Below are positions 52,603 to 64,000 of a stretch of DNA of 64,000 nt, piece after piece; the stretch's first letter is position 1; the number at the start of each line of letters is the position of its first letter. The DNA is from Octopus vulgaris (taxonomy: Eukaryota): positions 146,320,001 to 146,384,000 of the forward strand of contig OX597817.1 of NCBI GenBank assembly GCA_951406725.2. The letters run 5' to 3'. The translations under genes were made by a program, and so were the position numbers. The notes beneath the pieces were generated by a model. That model saw nothing but the letters and a program-made list of their open reading frames with translations. It had not been told where the DNA came from and ran no database searches.

Positions 52603-53958
52603 AGCAGTTGCCCATGCATACCAGACTCCCCTCTCCACACCACTGATGTTATCCAAGGGAAAGGCAAAGGGGTCGATACAGCTTGGCACCAGTGATGTCA
52701 CAACTCATTTCTACAGCTGAGTTAACTGGAGCAACGTGAAATAAAGTGTCTTGCTCAAGAACACAACATGCAGCCCAGTCCGGGAATCGAACTCACAACC
52801 TCACGATCGTAAGCTTGGACTAGGTATATAATAAAAGACACTTGCCCAATATGCCCTGCAGTGGAACTGAACCCCAAGCCATATGCTTGAGAAACAAACT
52901 TCTCACCTCACAACCACACCTGGTGCCTATATTTTCAAAATCTGTTACTCAAGTGCGATTTAAAAAAAAAAGGATAAAGCTTAATGAAAGATAAACAACA
53001 ACTGGTTGCTATCACAAATAGTAACATACACAAACCTGCTACCTTTATTGGGGTATCATCAGTAACTGAATGGAACAGTGTGCCGAATATTATAAAACGG
53101 CAAATTTGAACAGTGTTTCATAACCTAAAAGCCATATGTTATATAACTCTGTTTATAAATAACTCAGAAAGTGTGAAATAGTGTAGAATAGCATAGAGGG
53201 GTGTAATAATAGAACATCTTGAACCAACAGTTTTGGCAATTCTCTTTTCAGTTCTTTTTAGTTGGATTATAAGGATTTCTCAGTAGTGAAGTGTAATTCT
53301 AAACAGGGAATACCGAGGCAAATGTTAATATTGCTTCCTAACATAAACGAGATATGTTTAAATAAAGGAACACTGTGTTGATAAATAGTAGAGAAAATGT
53401 GAAGATGAAAATAGTGTAAGAAGTAATGTTGGTAGCACACCCGTATTCGTATCTGTTCCTCCTCTCACACTTTCTTTGTGACTATTCACAGATTGTCTTC
53501 AGCTTAACCAGATCCTCATGTGTTATCAGTTTCTTTATCACAAACAAGTCCTTGGCTTATACCAGAGAGAAGCAATTTGTTGAATCAAGGTTGTAGAATT
53601 CTGCAAAACAACCAGGCCTCGTCTATTTACCAGAAAATATACTTTTATGATAATTACTTATCTATTTATTTGTTTGGGTATGCATTTAATTATTTTTATG
53701 TTGACACTGTTCTAATCAATTCTTTTTTTTTTTCAGATTTTAGTTTAAACTTGAATATTTATAGAGAAGGAACCATTTCAGGAGGGATGTGTCTTTTACA
53801 GTTGCAGTGAGGGCATCCCTGGTTACTCTGAAATGCAAATGGCCAGAAGAGAGCCAAGAGAGTTGTGAGTCCAATAAGACAACTTCACTAAGAGTAATTC
53901 CACTACAAAACACTGCAAATTTTTTTCATTTCTGTTTTGAGGTATATGTGTGTTTGTG

Positions 53959-53996
<38 letters not shown>

Positions 53997-54000
53997 ATGC

Positions 54001-54031
<31 letters not shown>

Positions 54032-54607
54032 TACGTGTGTGTGTGTGCATACGTGTGTGTGTGTGTGTAGGAGCAGGAACTAAAACTTCAGCTTTACTCA
54101 GGAAAGCATATTATCACCATCATCATCATCATCACCGTCGTCGTCATCATCATCATCATCGTCATCATCATTTAACTTCCATGTTCCATGCTGCCACATG
54201 TTGGATGGTCTGGCTGGATCTGATGGTCCCAAGGACTGCATTAGATAATAACTTCCACTTATTAAGATTCAAAGTCTCTCCATCCTGTACTTCTAAGTTC
54301 ATCTTATTGTCTTTACCTACACTCCCACACTCTGCCAATCACCATCTATAACTATAGATGTTAAATTATATTTCAACTTCTCACTTCCTGAATTAATGAC
54401 ACATATCTCAATATCATTCTGATAGCAGACTTTAATACATCTGTTCGTGTTTATCACATGGATATGTTCAATAAAACAGCATGATAACTGAATCTTTGAC
54501 AAATGATCACAGTCACACACTTTGTAAATGGAATGAATGGTAGATTCATTGATATCAGAATTGTGACCCACAGCAGCAAAGCTTTCACTGTTTTATATTT
54601 TCTTGAA

Positions 54608-54838
54608 TGGCAGCGAGCTAGCAGAAACGTTAGCATGCCGGGCGAAATGCATAGCCGTATTTCGTCTGTCGTTACCTTCCGAGTTCAAATTCCGCCGAGG
54701 TCGACTTTGCCTTTCATCCTTTCGGGGCCGATAAATTAAGTACCAGTTACGCACTGGGGTCGATATAATCGACTTAATCCGTTTGTCTGTCCTTGTTTGT
54801 CCCCTCTGTGTTTAGCCCCTTGTGGGTAGTAGAGAAAT
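54608..54838 (+). mobile_element. SINE family B with TSD atattttcttga
   Basis: Young copy with the TSD on both sides. Confidence 0.92.
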
Positions 54839-54867
54839 ATATATTTTCTTGATTTTCTCTACCTTTT

Positions 54868-55260
54868 TATAATAATGAAATTATTGTGTATATTGCTCAG
54901 GTGCACTATAACTCATCAAAGGTGCATGTACAGTACATATAAGTGTATACAAATGTCAGGAAAGTGAACAGTGTATGAGTCATGATATACATATGTGCAT
55001 GCACATGGAGTAAGGATATCAGGTGTAGTGTTGGCAAATTTCAGGAAGCATGGAGGTTTTAAAGGATGCAATGTTTCAGCAACTAACAACTGATGCAAGT
55101 AGTTTGTTCCATGCTTCAGCAACTCTGAGTGTGAAAAAATGTTTCTGAAAGTCATGGGAGCTGTACTGCTTTCTGACTTTGTAGGCATGCCCACATGTGT
55201 TAGACACATGGAGCTCAAAAAGGTGCTCAAGGTGGTGGTTGGCACGATGGTTAATAATAA
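54868..55260 (-). mobile_element. CR1-clade LINE 3' end
   Basis: NTCGHAYKVRKQYSSHDFQKHFFTLRVAEAWNKL. Confidence 0.85.
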
Positions 55261-55528
55261 TACAGAATACAACTGTCTGCATCATTAGTCAGGATCAGGC
55301 ACTTTTGTATTTTTCTGTTCATTTGTTCCATGTTGATGGGTATAAGTACATAAATGCCTATAAAAAAAGATACATGCCTCACAGAACAGCCATATAAATT
55401 CAAATGATACTCAGCCTTGAGAGTGGATTTGGTAGATGGAAATTGAAAGAAGCCTGTCGTATATGCATTATTGTATATGCTGTAAATTGATTAAAATCAA
55501 AATAAGCAACAAGTATATCCAGAAGTAA

Positions 55529-55615
55529 TGCAGTACGATTGTCTCATGCAACTCCATTTAATTGAACAATGAACTCATTACATCAATTTAAAATGCAGAG
55601 CAATCTTCAGCTGCA
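55529..55615 (-). ncRNA. Hammerhead ribozyme fold, family H3, second copy (GAAA to GAGA)
   Basis: TGCAG-CTGAAGA-...-GAG-ACAATCGT-A-CTGCA. The element at 55490-55675 is homologous to 46700-46876. Confidence 0.65.
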
Positions 55616-56099
55616 CAAAGACATAGAATTTAATTAAATTAGAACAGTTGGACACATTAGTATAAATTATACCTAAAAACTTAGTAACTTCTATACACAT
55701 ACACATTCACACACACATGCATTCACACACATGCATTCACACATATATACATTCACACACACACGTGCACACACACAAATTCACAGACATGCATTTACAC
55801 ACATATACATTCACACACACATACATACACACACACACATATTCACAAGCATATGTATTTACATGCATACACATTCACACACACACACAAAAACATGCTT
55901 CCGCTCAGTTTCTTACTACCAAATTCATTCCACTCACAAAGAATCGGTTGGCCTGGCGGGGCTATTGTGTAAGACACTTGTCCAAAGTGCTTTGAAGTAG
56001 GACTGAACCCAAAGCCACATGGTTGGAAAGCGAACTTCTTAATCCCACAGCCAAACCTATGCTTTCAGTAAGATGAGGCAGGGAAAAAAATAAATACAC

Positions 56100-56317
56100 T
56101 TTTACTTGTTTCAGTCATTTGACAGCAGCCATGGTGTAGCACCACCTCTAGTCGAGTAAATTGACCCCAGGATTTATTCTTTGTAAGCCTAGTACTTATT
56201 CTGTCAGTCTCTTTTGCTGAACCGCTAAGTTACAGGGACGTAAACACACCAGCATCTGTTGTCAAGCGATATTGGGGGGACAAACACAGACACACAAACA
56301 TATAAACACACACATAC

Positions 56318-56416
<99 letters not shown>

Positions 56417-56593
56417 TATATATATATACGACAGGCTTCTTTCAGTTTCCATCTACCAAATCCACTCACAAGGCTTTGGTCGGCCTGAGGCTATACTAGA
56501 AGACACTTGCCCAAGGTGCCACGCAGTGGGAATGAACCTGGAACCATGTGGTTGGTAAGCAAGCTACTTACCACACAGCCACTCTTGCGCCTA
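56100..56593 (-). mobile_element. SINE family A
   Basis: Full-length copy with an expanded internal microsatellite. Confidence 0.9.
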
Positions 56594-57708
56594 TAGGAAA
56601 AAATATAAGAAAAAAAAGAAAAGGAATGAATGAATATTTTCTAAAATTTAACTTGCTGTGCTTTCTTGTTATACAATAAGCAGTTCTTGTATAGATGATA
56701 TGATAAGGAAGAATCATACAATATATAACATTTATATAACTGGCAAGGAAGAAATATATCCCTCAAACATCCACTTAATTCATAAGGTTTAGGCTATGAT
56801 AAGAAGAGTACAATAGCTTCTAGAAGTAATGAGCTAATCTGTAATTTAATTTATTCATTTATTAAATCTATATAAATGTAGTGTCTACTTATTGTTCCTT
56901 GTATGTGTATGATCAGCAGTTTAGCAAATTAGGTTAGAAGCAGACAGATGAAGGAAAGGGGTGGTAGAATGGAGAAGGGAGAGATTCTTGCAGCAGCCAG
57001 AGCTGTGTAAGTGTGGGGATGTTTAATGACAATGATGTTGAGGACAAGGAATTTAATGATTTCTTTTGTCTAGGCACAAAGCCAGTATTATTGTAAGGGA
57101 GGAGATACATAGTTATTTGAATTGACCACCACGCAGGGTAGGGGGGGAGAGCTATGGTGTAGACCTGCTGGAAATAGCAACCAAATCTCTCACAAACCAC
57201 GTGGATTACACTGTATCCTCTTCTCGGAAATGGAGATGTTTATTTAGTCCTAGATATGCTACTATGCCTGCAACGAAAAAGTAAAAAAAGAAAAAAAAGG
57301 GACAGGGTAGTTGGATCAGAAGACTTGATCATAGAGCTGTTCAATCAGAGCTGACCTGAGGCTAAACAACATCTGACTTTATTACTATTTCTAGAATTGA
57401 CCACTCTCACTAAAAAAAAAAAGAAGAAAAAGGATAAATAAATAAAAGAAAGTAAAAAAAAAAAAAGAGAAAGAAAGGAAAAAGAAAATGGCATTTGTTT
57501 GTAGTGATTTGACCCCTAATTTCTCTGCAGTTAATATTTCACCCCAACAAACTTTAATTACTTAGGATCAGAATCAAAAGATCTTAAATTTAATTATTAG
57601 TGACTGAATTAAATCCAAACATTGAACTGCAACGAGTCTGGCTGATCCCTCTTTTTATGTCCACAAAGAGAGTGCTTATAAAGACAAGGTCTTTACATTT
57701 ATTAATAG

Positions 57709-58030
57709 TGGCACCTTGGGAAAGTGTCTTCTACTATAGCCTCGGGCCGACCAAAACCTTGTGAGTGGATTTGGTAGACGGAAACTGAAAGAAGCCTGTC
57801 GTATATATATATATATATGTGTGTGCGTGTATGTTTGTGTGTCTGTGTTTGTCCCCCTAGCATTGCTTGACAACCGATGCTGGTGTGTTTATGTCCCCGC
57901 CACTTAGCGGTTCGGCAAAAGAGACCGATAGAATAAGTACTGGGCTTACAAAGAATAAGTCCCGGGGTCGAGTTGCTCGATTAAAGGCGATGCTCCAGCA
58001 TGGCCACAGTCAAATGACTGAAACAAGTAA
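57709..58030 (+). mobile_element. SINE family A, 5'-truncated
   Basis: Colinear with family A. Confidence 0.88.
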
Positions 58031-58549
58031 AAAAAAAAAGAGGAAAAAGCTAATATGGCAGTCCAAAAATATAGGACGAATGCTGCCGTTGATTAGCTTC
58101 AAGAGGCCATTGCCTCTAACTAGCTATGTGACATACAAACCTGTGTCCATTATAACCTTCAAACAGGGGAGGTCAGCCGCTTCCCATTGCTGGTCAGGCA
58201 TCGTAGTCTCCTTTAGAGAGACTTAGAAATATTAATATTTCTAGTGTTTACATTTGTATATTACATTCAATAAAGACAAATACATGCTATAACAAATACC
58301 ATACAACAGACAATAAGCCTGTTCTTTTCTTTAATGGCATGTCAACTTTGGAGAGTTATTGATTCTTGTGATTATCTCCCCTTCTTATACGGAACAGTCC
58401 TCCATTGACATTTGGTAATTGTGAGACATCATGTAGAGGTGAAAATGATTTTAATAAAATCAAGAATTATGTTGTATGATATTTGATATATCTGTATTTG
58501 CGTATGTGATTCATATACATTTCACTGGCCAGTCTGAGCTGTTTCTCTT

Positions 58550-59245
58550 AGCTTAAGAAGTTTGCTTCCCAACAATATGGTTCCAGGTTCCATCTCACTG
58601 CATGGCACCTTGAGCAAGTGACTTCTTCTATAGCCTCAGATCAACCAAAGCCTTGTGTATGGATTTGGTAGACAGAAACTGAAAGAAGATGGCGAGCTGG
58701 CAGAAACGTTAGCTCGCCGGGTAAAATGCTTAGCAGTATTTCGTCTGCCGTTACATTCTGACTTCAAATTCCACCCAGGTCAACTTTGCTTTCATCCTTT
58801 CGGGGGTCGATAAATTAAGTACCAGTTACACACTGGGGTCAATGTAATCCACTTAATCCCTTTGTCTGTCCTTGTTTGTCCCCTCTATGTTTAGCTCCTT
58901 GTGGGCAATAAAGAAATAAGAAACTGAAAGAAGCCTGTTGTGTGTGTGTGTGCATGCACATATGTGCGTGCGCATGTGGGCGTGCATATGTGTGTATGCA
59001 TGTTTGTGTGTGTGCATATGTGTGTGTGTGTCTTTGTGTCTGTGTTTGTCCCCCCACCACAACTTGACATCTGGTATTATGTTTACATCCTCATAACTTA
59101 ATGGTTCAGCAAAAGACACCAATAAGATAAGTACCAGGCTTAAAAAAAAAAACCTACTGGGTCAGTTCATTTGACTAAGAATTCTTCAAGGCAGTGCCCC
59201 AACATGACCACAGTCTAAGAACTAAAACAAGTTAAGGACAAAAGA
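58550..59245 (+). mobile_element. Family-A SINE with a nested family-B SINE (58689-58918)
   Basis: 15-bp TSD AGAAACTGAAAGAAG at 58674-58688 and 58919-58933. Confidence 0.88.
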
Positions 59246-59611
59246 TATTATTAAACAGTGTTGGCTAAAATCTATAGATATATTCTGTAATACAGTGTGG
59301 CATATATAAACAAAACACGGTTAATTCACTGTTATTTATTATGGGTACCAGCTGCCAAAAATGCATTCACCCTCATCATCAGCATCATTGTGTTTATGTC
59401 TCCTTTCTCATGCTTGCATAGGTGAAAACAGGAATTTGTTGAAATAGATATTCTATGGCTCGATGCCCTTTATGTTGCCAATAGGGTAGTTGGATCAGAA
59501 GACTTGATCATAGAGCTGTTCAATCAGAGCTGACCTGAGGGTAAACAACATCTGACTTTATTACTAGTTCTAGAATTGACCACTCTCACTAAAAAAAAAT
59601 TAGAAAAAGGA

Positions 59612-60057
59612 ACCAGCGTCGCCTTACTGGCACTGTGATCATTACCAGCGTTGCCTTACTGGCACTCGAGCCCCGTGCTAGTAGGGTATTAAGAGCACCA
59701 TCCGAGTGTGATCATTGCCAGAGCAGCTATCAGGCATCCATGCCGGTGGCACGTAAAAGACACCATTCGAGTGTGATCATTACTAGGATCGCCTTACTGG
59801 CACTTGTGCCAGTGGCATGTGTAAAAGATTTGAGTGAGGTCATTGCCAGTACCACCTGACTGGCCCCCATGCCGGTGGCATGTAAAAGCACCCACTACAC
59901 TCTCGGAGTGGTTAATGTTAGGAAGGGCATCCAGCTGTAGAAACTCTGCCAGATCAAGATTGAAGCCTGGTGCAGCCATCTGGTTTGCCAGCCCTCAGTC
60001 AAATCGTCCAACCCATGCTAGCATGGAAAGCAGACGTTAAACGATGACGATGATGAT
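59612..60057 (+). mobile_element. SINE family C
   Basis: Very similar to 1241-1690. Confidence 0.85.
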
Positions 60058-61255
60058 AAATAAATAAATAAAAGAAAGGAAAAATAAGAGAAAGAAAGGA
60101 AAAATAAAATAAAATAAAATATTCCAAGCAAGGTAATATTTCCCCATGGGCAGACATAGACATGTTAGCTGTATATATATTGTCGTCCCGATGTCGTACC
60201 AATATGCAAATCTTGTGTGAAATGATGTCCAGTCATCGTGAATTTTAGCTTCAAAGGATTAGGGGCAAATATTTACCTTGCCTGTTTCTAGGCAAGGGTT
60301 CCCATCAGAAAGAACATCTGACCATAGAAAATCTCCTCAAAGAATCTTGTGTGACCAAAGCAAGCATGGAAATGTGTACATTAAAGCAACGACAACGATA
60401 AAGATGATGATGATGATGATGATGCTGATGATGATGGTGGTGGTGGTGGTGGTGGTGGTGGTGATGGTGGTGGTGTCGATGATGATGATGATAGTGGTGG
60501 TAATGATAGTGGTGAAGATTAGGATGATGAGGAGGCAGATAGTGATGATGATGATGATGATGATGATGATGTGTGTATATGTGTCTTATTCCTTTATTTG
60601 AAAACCTATTAGCCTTTCAACAGAGAATGATAAAGCAAGCACCAGATTTAGACAAGTCCTACGATTTAAACGATTAACTAAAAAGCTTTGAGGATTGTAC
60701 AGCACACACACACTCACACACACACACAAACACAGCATGGCTGCATTCCAATGACTGTAACCAGTAAAAGAATACCGATTTTTGATAGCTGCTTGCCAAA
60801 GATAATACCGTTGGGTTTGGTAAGGTTGAAGAGAAATCACATCCATTGATTAATTCTTTGAATGGCAAAAAAAAAAGTAATACAAAGCCTTTCTCATTCC
60901 TCGATAATTCTTTATATTTTGTGATGTATTCCTTTATATCAATATTATCTGAAACTTTCTCTATCATCTCCTGCAGCATTGATTTCCACCATAATACAAA
61001 TTACATGAAAGAGGTTTCTGTGTGGTTGCTCGACCTGCTAGAAATAGCAGCTAAATCTCCTTACTCTCTTTAAAAATATGTATATATATATTGGAAAACC
61101 ATTACCACCACTATTACCACCATCATCATCATCATCATCACCACCACCACCACCACCATCATCATCATCAGCAGCACCACCACCACCACAACCACTGCCG
61201 TCGCCATCATCATCATCATCACCACCACCATCACCACCACTACCATCACCATCAC

Positions 61256-61291
<36 letters not shown>

Positions 61292-62775
61292 AACCATCAT
61301 CATCATCATCTTTATCATCGTCGTTGCTTTAATGTACACATTTCCATGCTTGCTTTGGTCAGAAAAAGATTCTTTGAGGAGATTTTCTATGGTCAGATGT
61401 TCTTTCTGATGTGAACTCTTGCCTGTTTAATTAATTTGAGAAAAAAATAAAAATGTGAATGATAGCACAGTCATAGCTGGAACATCATTGATCGCCGATC
61501 TGCTTAGTTAGGACTGGCCAGGGGTTATACAACAACAACAACAACAAGCCACAATTGATTTAGCAGAAGAAGACTAGAAACGGGTAATTGCTTCTTCATT
61601 CAATATATTGATTATTGATGATGACAGTGAAACTAGGTTTGTTATTTTTTTTCCCCTTCCAGAAAACTAATGCCTCGGCTATTGTATCAAGACTAACACA
61701 GCTCTAAAGGAATCCATTAATAAATGATGAGGTACTTTCTTGAATTGCTGTTAGGTTAGAAAAATGGTTCTCCTGGAAGATATCCATCCTTGTTTCTCTC
61801 TGAATTTGATTGAAGAATATTTCTGTCACTATGACCTACTGATTATTAAGCTTGGTGATAATGTTACTAATGAAGTTCAATAATCAATCAGGCTAAGATA
61901 TTATTATTGATCTGCAATGATTGGCAAAGAATGTTTTGGTGTTGCTGTTGTTGTTGTTTGGCTCTATTCAAACAGACCTTTGATCAAAGACGTTCCACTT
62001 ACGACCACTTCATCTTATTTTCTAGATCAGTATATCTAAAAACCACATTATTAGCCAATGTGTTCTTTCTTTATGGCAATAAGTGATATAGACCGAAGGG
62101 TGTGATTTGAAGTCAATTTGGTTGCTATTTCCTGCAGGTTTAACAGCCATTTTGAAAGCTTAATGATGATAATAGAAGTAATGCTCCTGAGATTCATGTT
62201 ATGACTGGTAGTGGTGATGAAGAGGGTGATGGTGGTGGTGGTGGTGATGGTGGTGGTGGAGTGTTGTTATTGTTGTTGTTGTTACGGTGGTGCTGGTGGT
62301 GGGGATTGTTGTAGCTGTGATGGTAGTGGTAGTGATGCTGATGGTGGTGATGCTGATGGTGGTGGTGATAGTCGTGGTGGAGGTGGTGGAGTTGATGATG
62401 CTGGTGGCAGTGGTGGTGCTGCTACTATGGCAGCTGTGACTGCTGCTAATGAAAAACAATTACGAGCTACATGTTTTCTTTTTTTCCTTGGATTAAATGG
62501 AATTAACCAAACAAATACGTTAGTTTCTATTCTTATTGTTTTGGTAAACATGATATTCCTGTTGGGCAACAGTGATGATAGTAATCAGAGTAACAACATG
62601 TACAAGCAGCAAGCTCAGAGACAAAGGTATCCATTATTTGTGTTGGCAGAAATGATTATTGTGACACAAAGGTATCTGTCTACTGGTTTATGGATTAAGA
62701 ATTCATATCCTACCACAGATATGTTTCTTTGTGTGATTGTGGCAAGACACTTCCTTCTACAGACCTCAATATACC

Positions 62776-63190
62776 TATTTCTTTACAACCCACAAGGGGC
62801 TAAACACAGAGTAGACAAACAAGGACAGACAAAGAGATTAAGTCAATTACATCAACCCCAGTGAGTAACTGGTGCTTATTTAATCGACCCTGAAAGGATG
62901 AAAGGCAAAGTCAACATCGGCGGAATTCGAACTCAACGTAAAGACAGACGAAATACCAACTTCTTTACTGCCCACAAGGGGCTAAACACAGAGTGGACAA
63001 ACAAAGACAGACAAACAGATTAAGTCGATTATATCAACCACCAGTGCATAACTGGTACTTATTTAATCAACCCTGAAAGGATGAAAGCCAAAGTCGACCT
63101 CGGCGGAATTTGAACTCAGAACATAGTGACAGACGAAATACTGCAAAGCATTTCGCCTGGCATGCTAACATTTCTGCCAGCTTGCCACCT
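62776..63190 (-). mobile_element. Dimeric family-B SINE
   Basis: TSD-like ACCTCAATATACC at 62763-62775 and 63197-63209. Confidence 0.85.
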
Positions 63191-63346
63191 TTACATACCT
63201 CAATATACCAAGATAGGAAAAATTACTTGTGTATGATGTATTTTGCTGTGTGTCTAGTCCAACAGTTCTCAAACGTGGCTTCCAGAGCTGCATCCAGCCT
63301 TCAAGCATTCTTCTGGTTGTCCTTGGTGGTTTTCCCTCTGTAAATA

Positions 63347-63582
63347 CACGATGGCCCAAAAGTAGGTTTACAGTTAATCATATAGGCACTTTAAATTTCT
63401 TTTAAAACATTTTATTACATTTAAATTTCTATCTTAAAAACTGAAAAGGGAGCTTGACAAAATTAACTAAATTAGCATAGAATAATGGCTTCATATTTTT
63501 TGATAATTAAGATCTAAACTGTTGATACATGAATGCGAAAGAGATAGTTGAATAACTGTAAACCTTCTTTTGGGCCACCCTG
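63347..63582. mobile_element. Tc1/mariner MITE
   Basis: TA|CACGATGGCCCAAAAGTAGGTTTACAGTTA and TAACTGTAAACCTTCTTTTGGGCCACCCTG. Confidence 0.8.
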
Positions 63583-63709
63583 CTGCAGTATGGCTGCAGT
63601 CAAATGACTGAAACAAATAAAGCAAAATGTTTTTTGATGTAGCCCCCTGAAAAAAAATCCAGGTTTTGGAACTGGTCCAGATATTAAAAAGTGGGACCCA
63701 CTGGTTCAG

Positions 63710-63931
63710 CCCTTTAGCATTCAAACTGGTCATATCCAGCCCAAATATTCTACCTGTTTTAAGTTCAAGTTGGCCAGATCTGGTTTCATAACATCTACCA
63801 TTCAATGTAATTTTGAAAATAAACAATCATAATGTTAAAATGTCAAAGCTTATGAGATAATGAGTAATTATTTCCAAACAATGTGAACAAATAAGCATTA
63901 AATTTAACTGTATAATCTGAATGTTAGAGGG
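63710..63931. mobile_element. piggyBac-like MITE (same family as 31350-31569, opposite orientation)
   Basis: CCCTTTAGCATTCA...TGAATGTTAGAGGG|TTAA. Confidence 0.7.
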
Positions 63932-64000
63932 TTAAACAAAGCAGTTCTACCTGCTTCAGTTTACCTTACTGGAGAAGAAGATACAATGATCCTTCTAGGG

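Noticed and set aside
53018-53068. Further hammerhead on the minus strand (CTGATGA-tacc..ggta)
   Set aside because: GAAA is replaced by GCAG and stems I and III are poor; at most a very decayed relic.
60674-60979. 101-aa ORF between the inverted repeats
   Set aside because: No recognisable domain or splice support, and it runs into a microsatellite.
62211-62864. 217-aa ORF
   Set aside because: Built from (GGT/GAT)n, AT-rich filler and a SINE end.

Overview
Eukaryotic, AT-rich, repeat-dense DNA. I recognise the SINE families as octopod cephalopod (Octopus) repeats from memory; this was not confirmed by a search. I found no intact protein-coding gene, and almost all listed ORFs are microsatellite or SINE artefacts. 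The window contains at least five tRNA-derived or modular SINE families, decayed LINE fragments (R4/Dong-type RT-RLE, CR1, Tx1/L1-like, RTE-like), a Penelope-like RT fragment, DNA transposon remnants (Tc1/mariner, Tigger/pogo), many MITEs, a Helitron-like element and long microsatellites. A TE-poor, CpG-retaining block at about 3.8-6.8 kb looks like a promoter with non-coding 5' exons. The most interesting signal is a set of minimal type I hammerhead ribozyme folds from four distinct sequence families, sitting in short non-coding elements that often abut (TA)n. Also notable: a densely structured RTE-5'-UTR-like element, several long fold-back elements, and SINE dimers and stacks.
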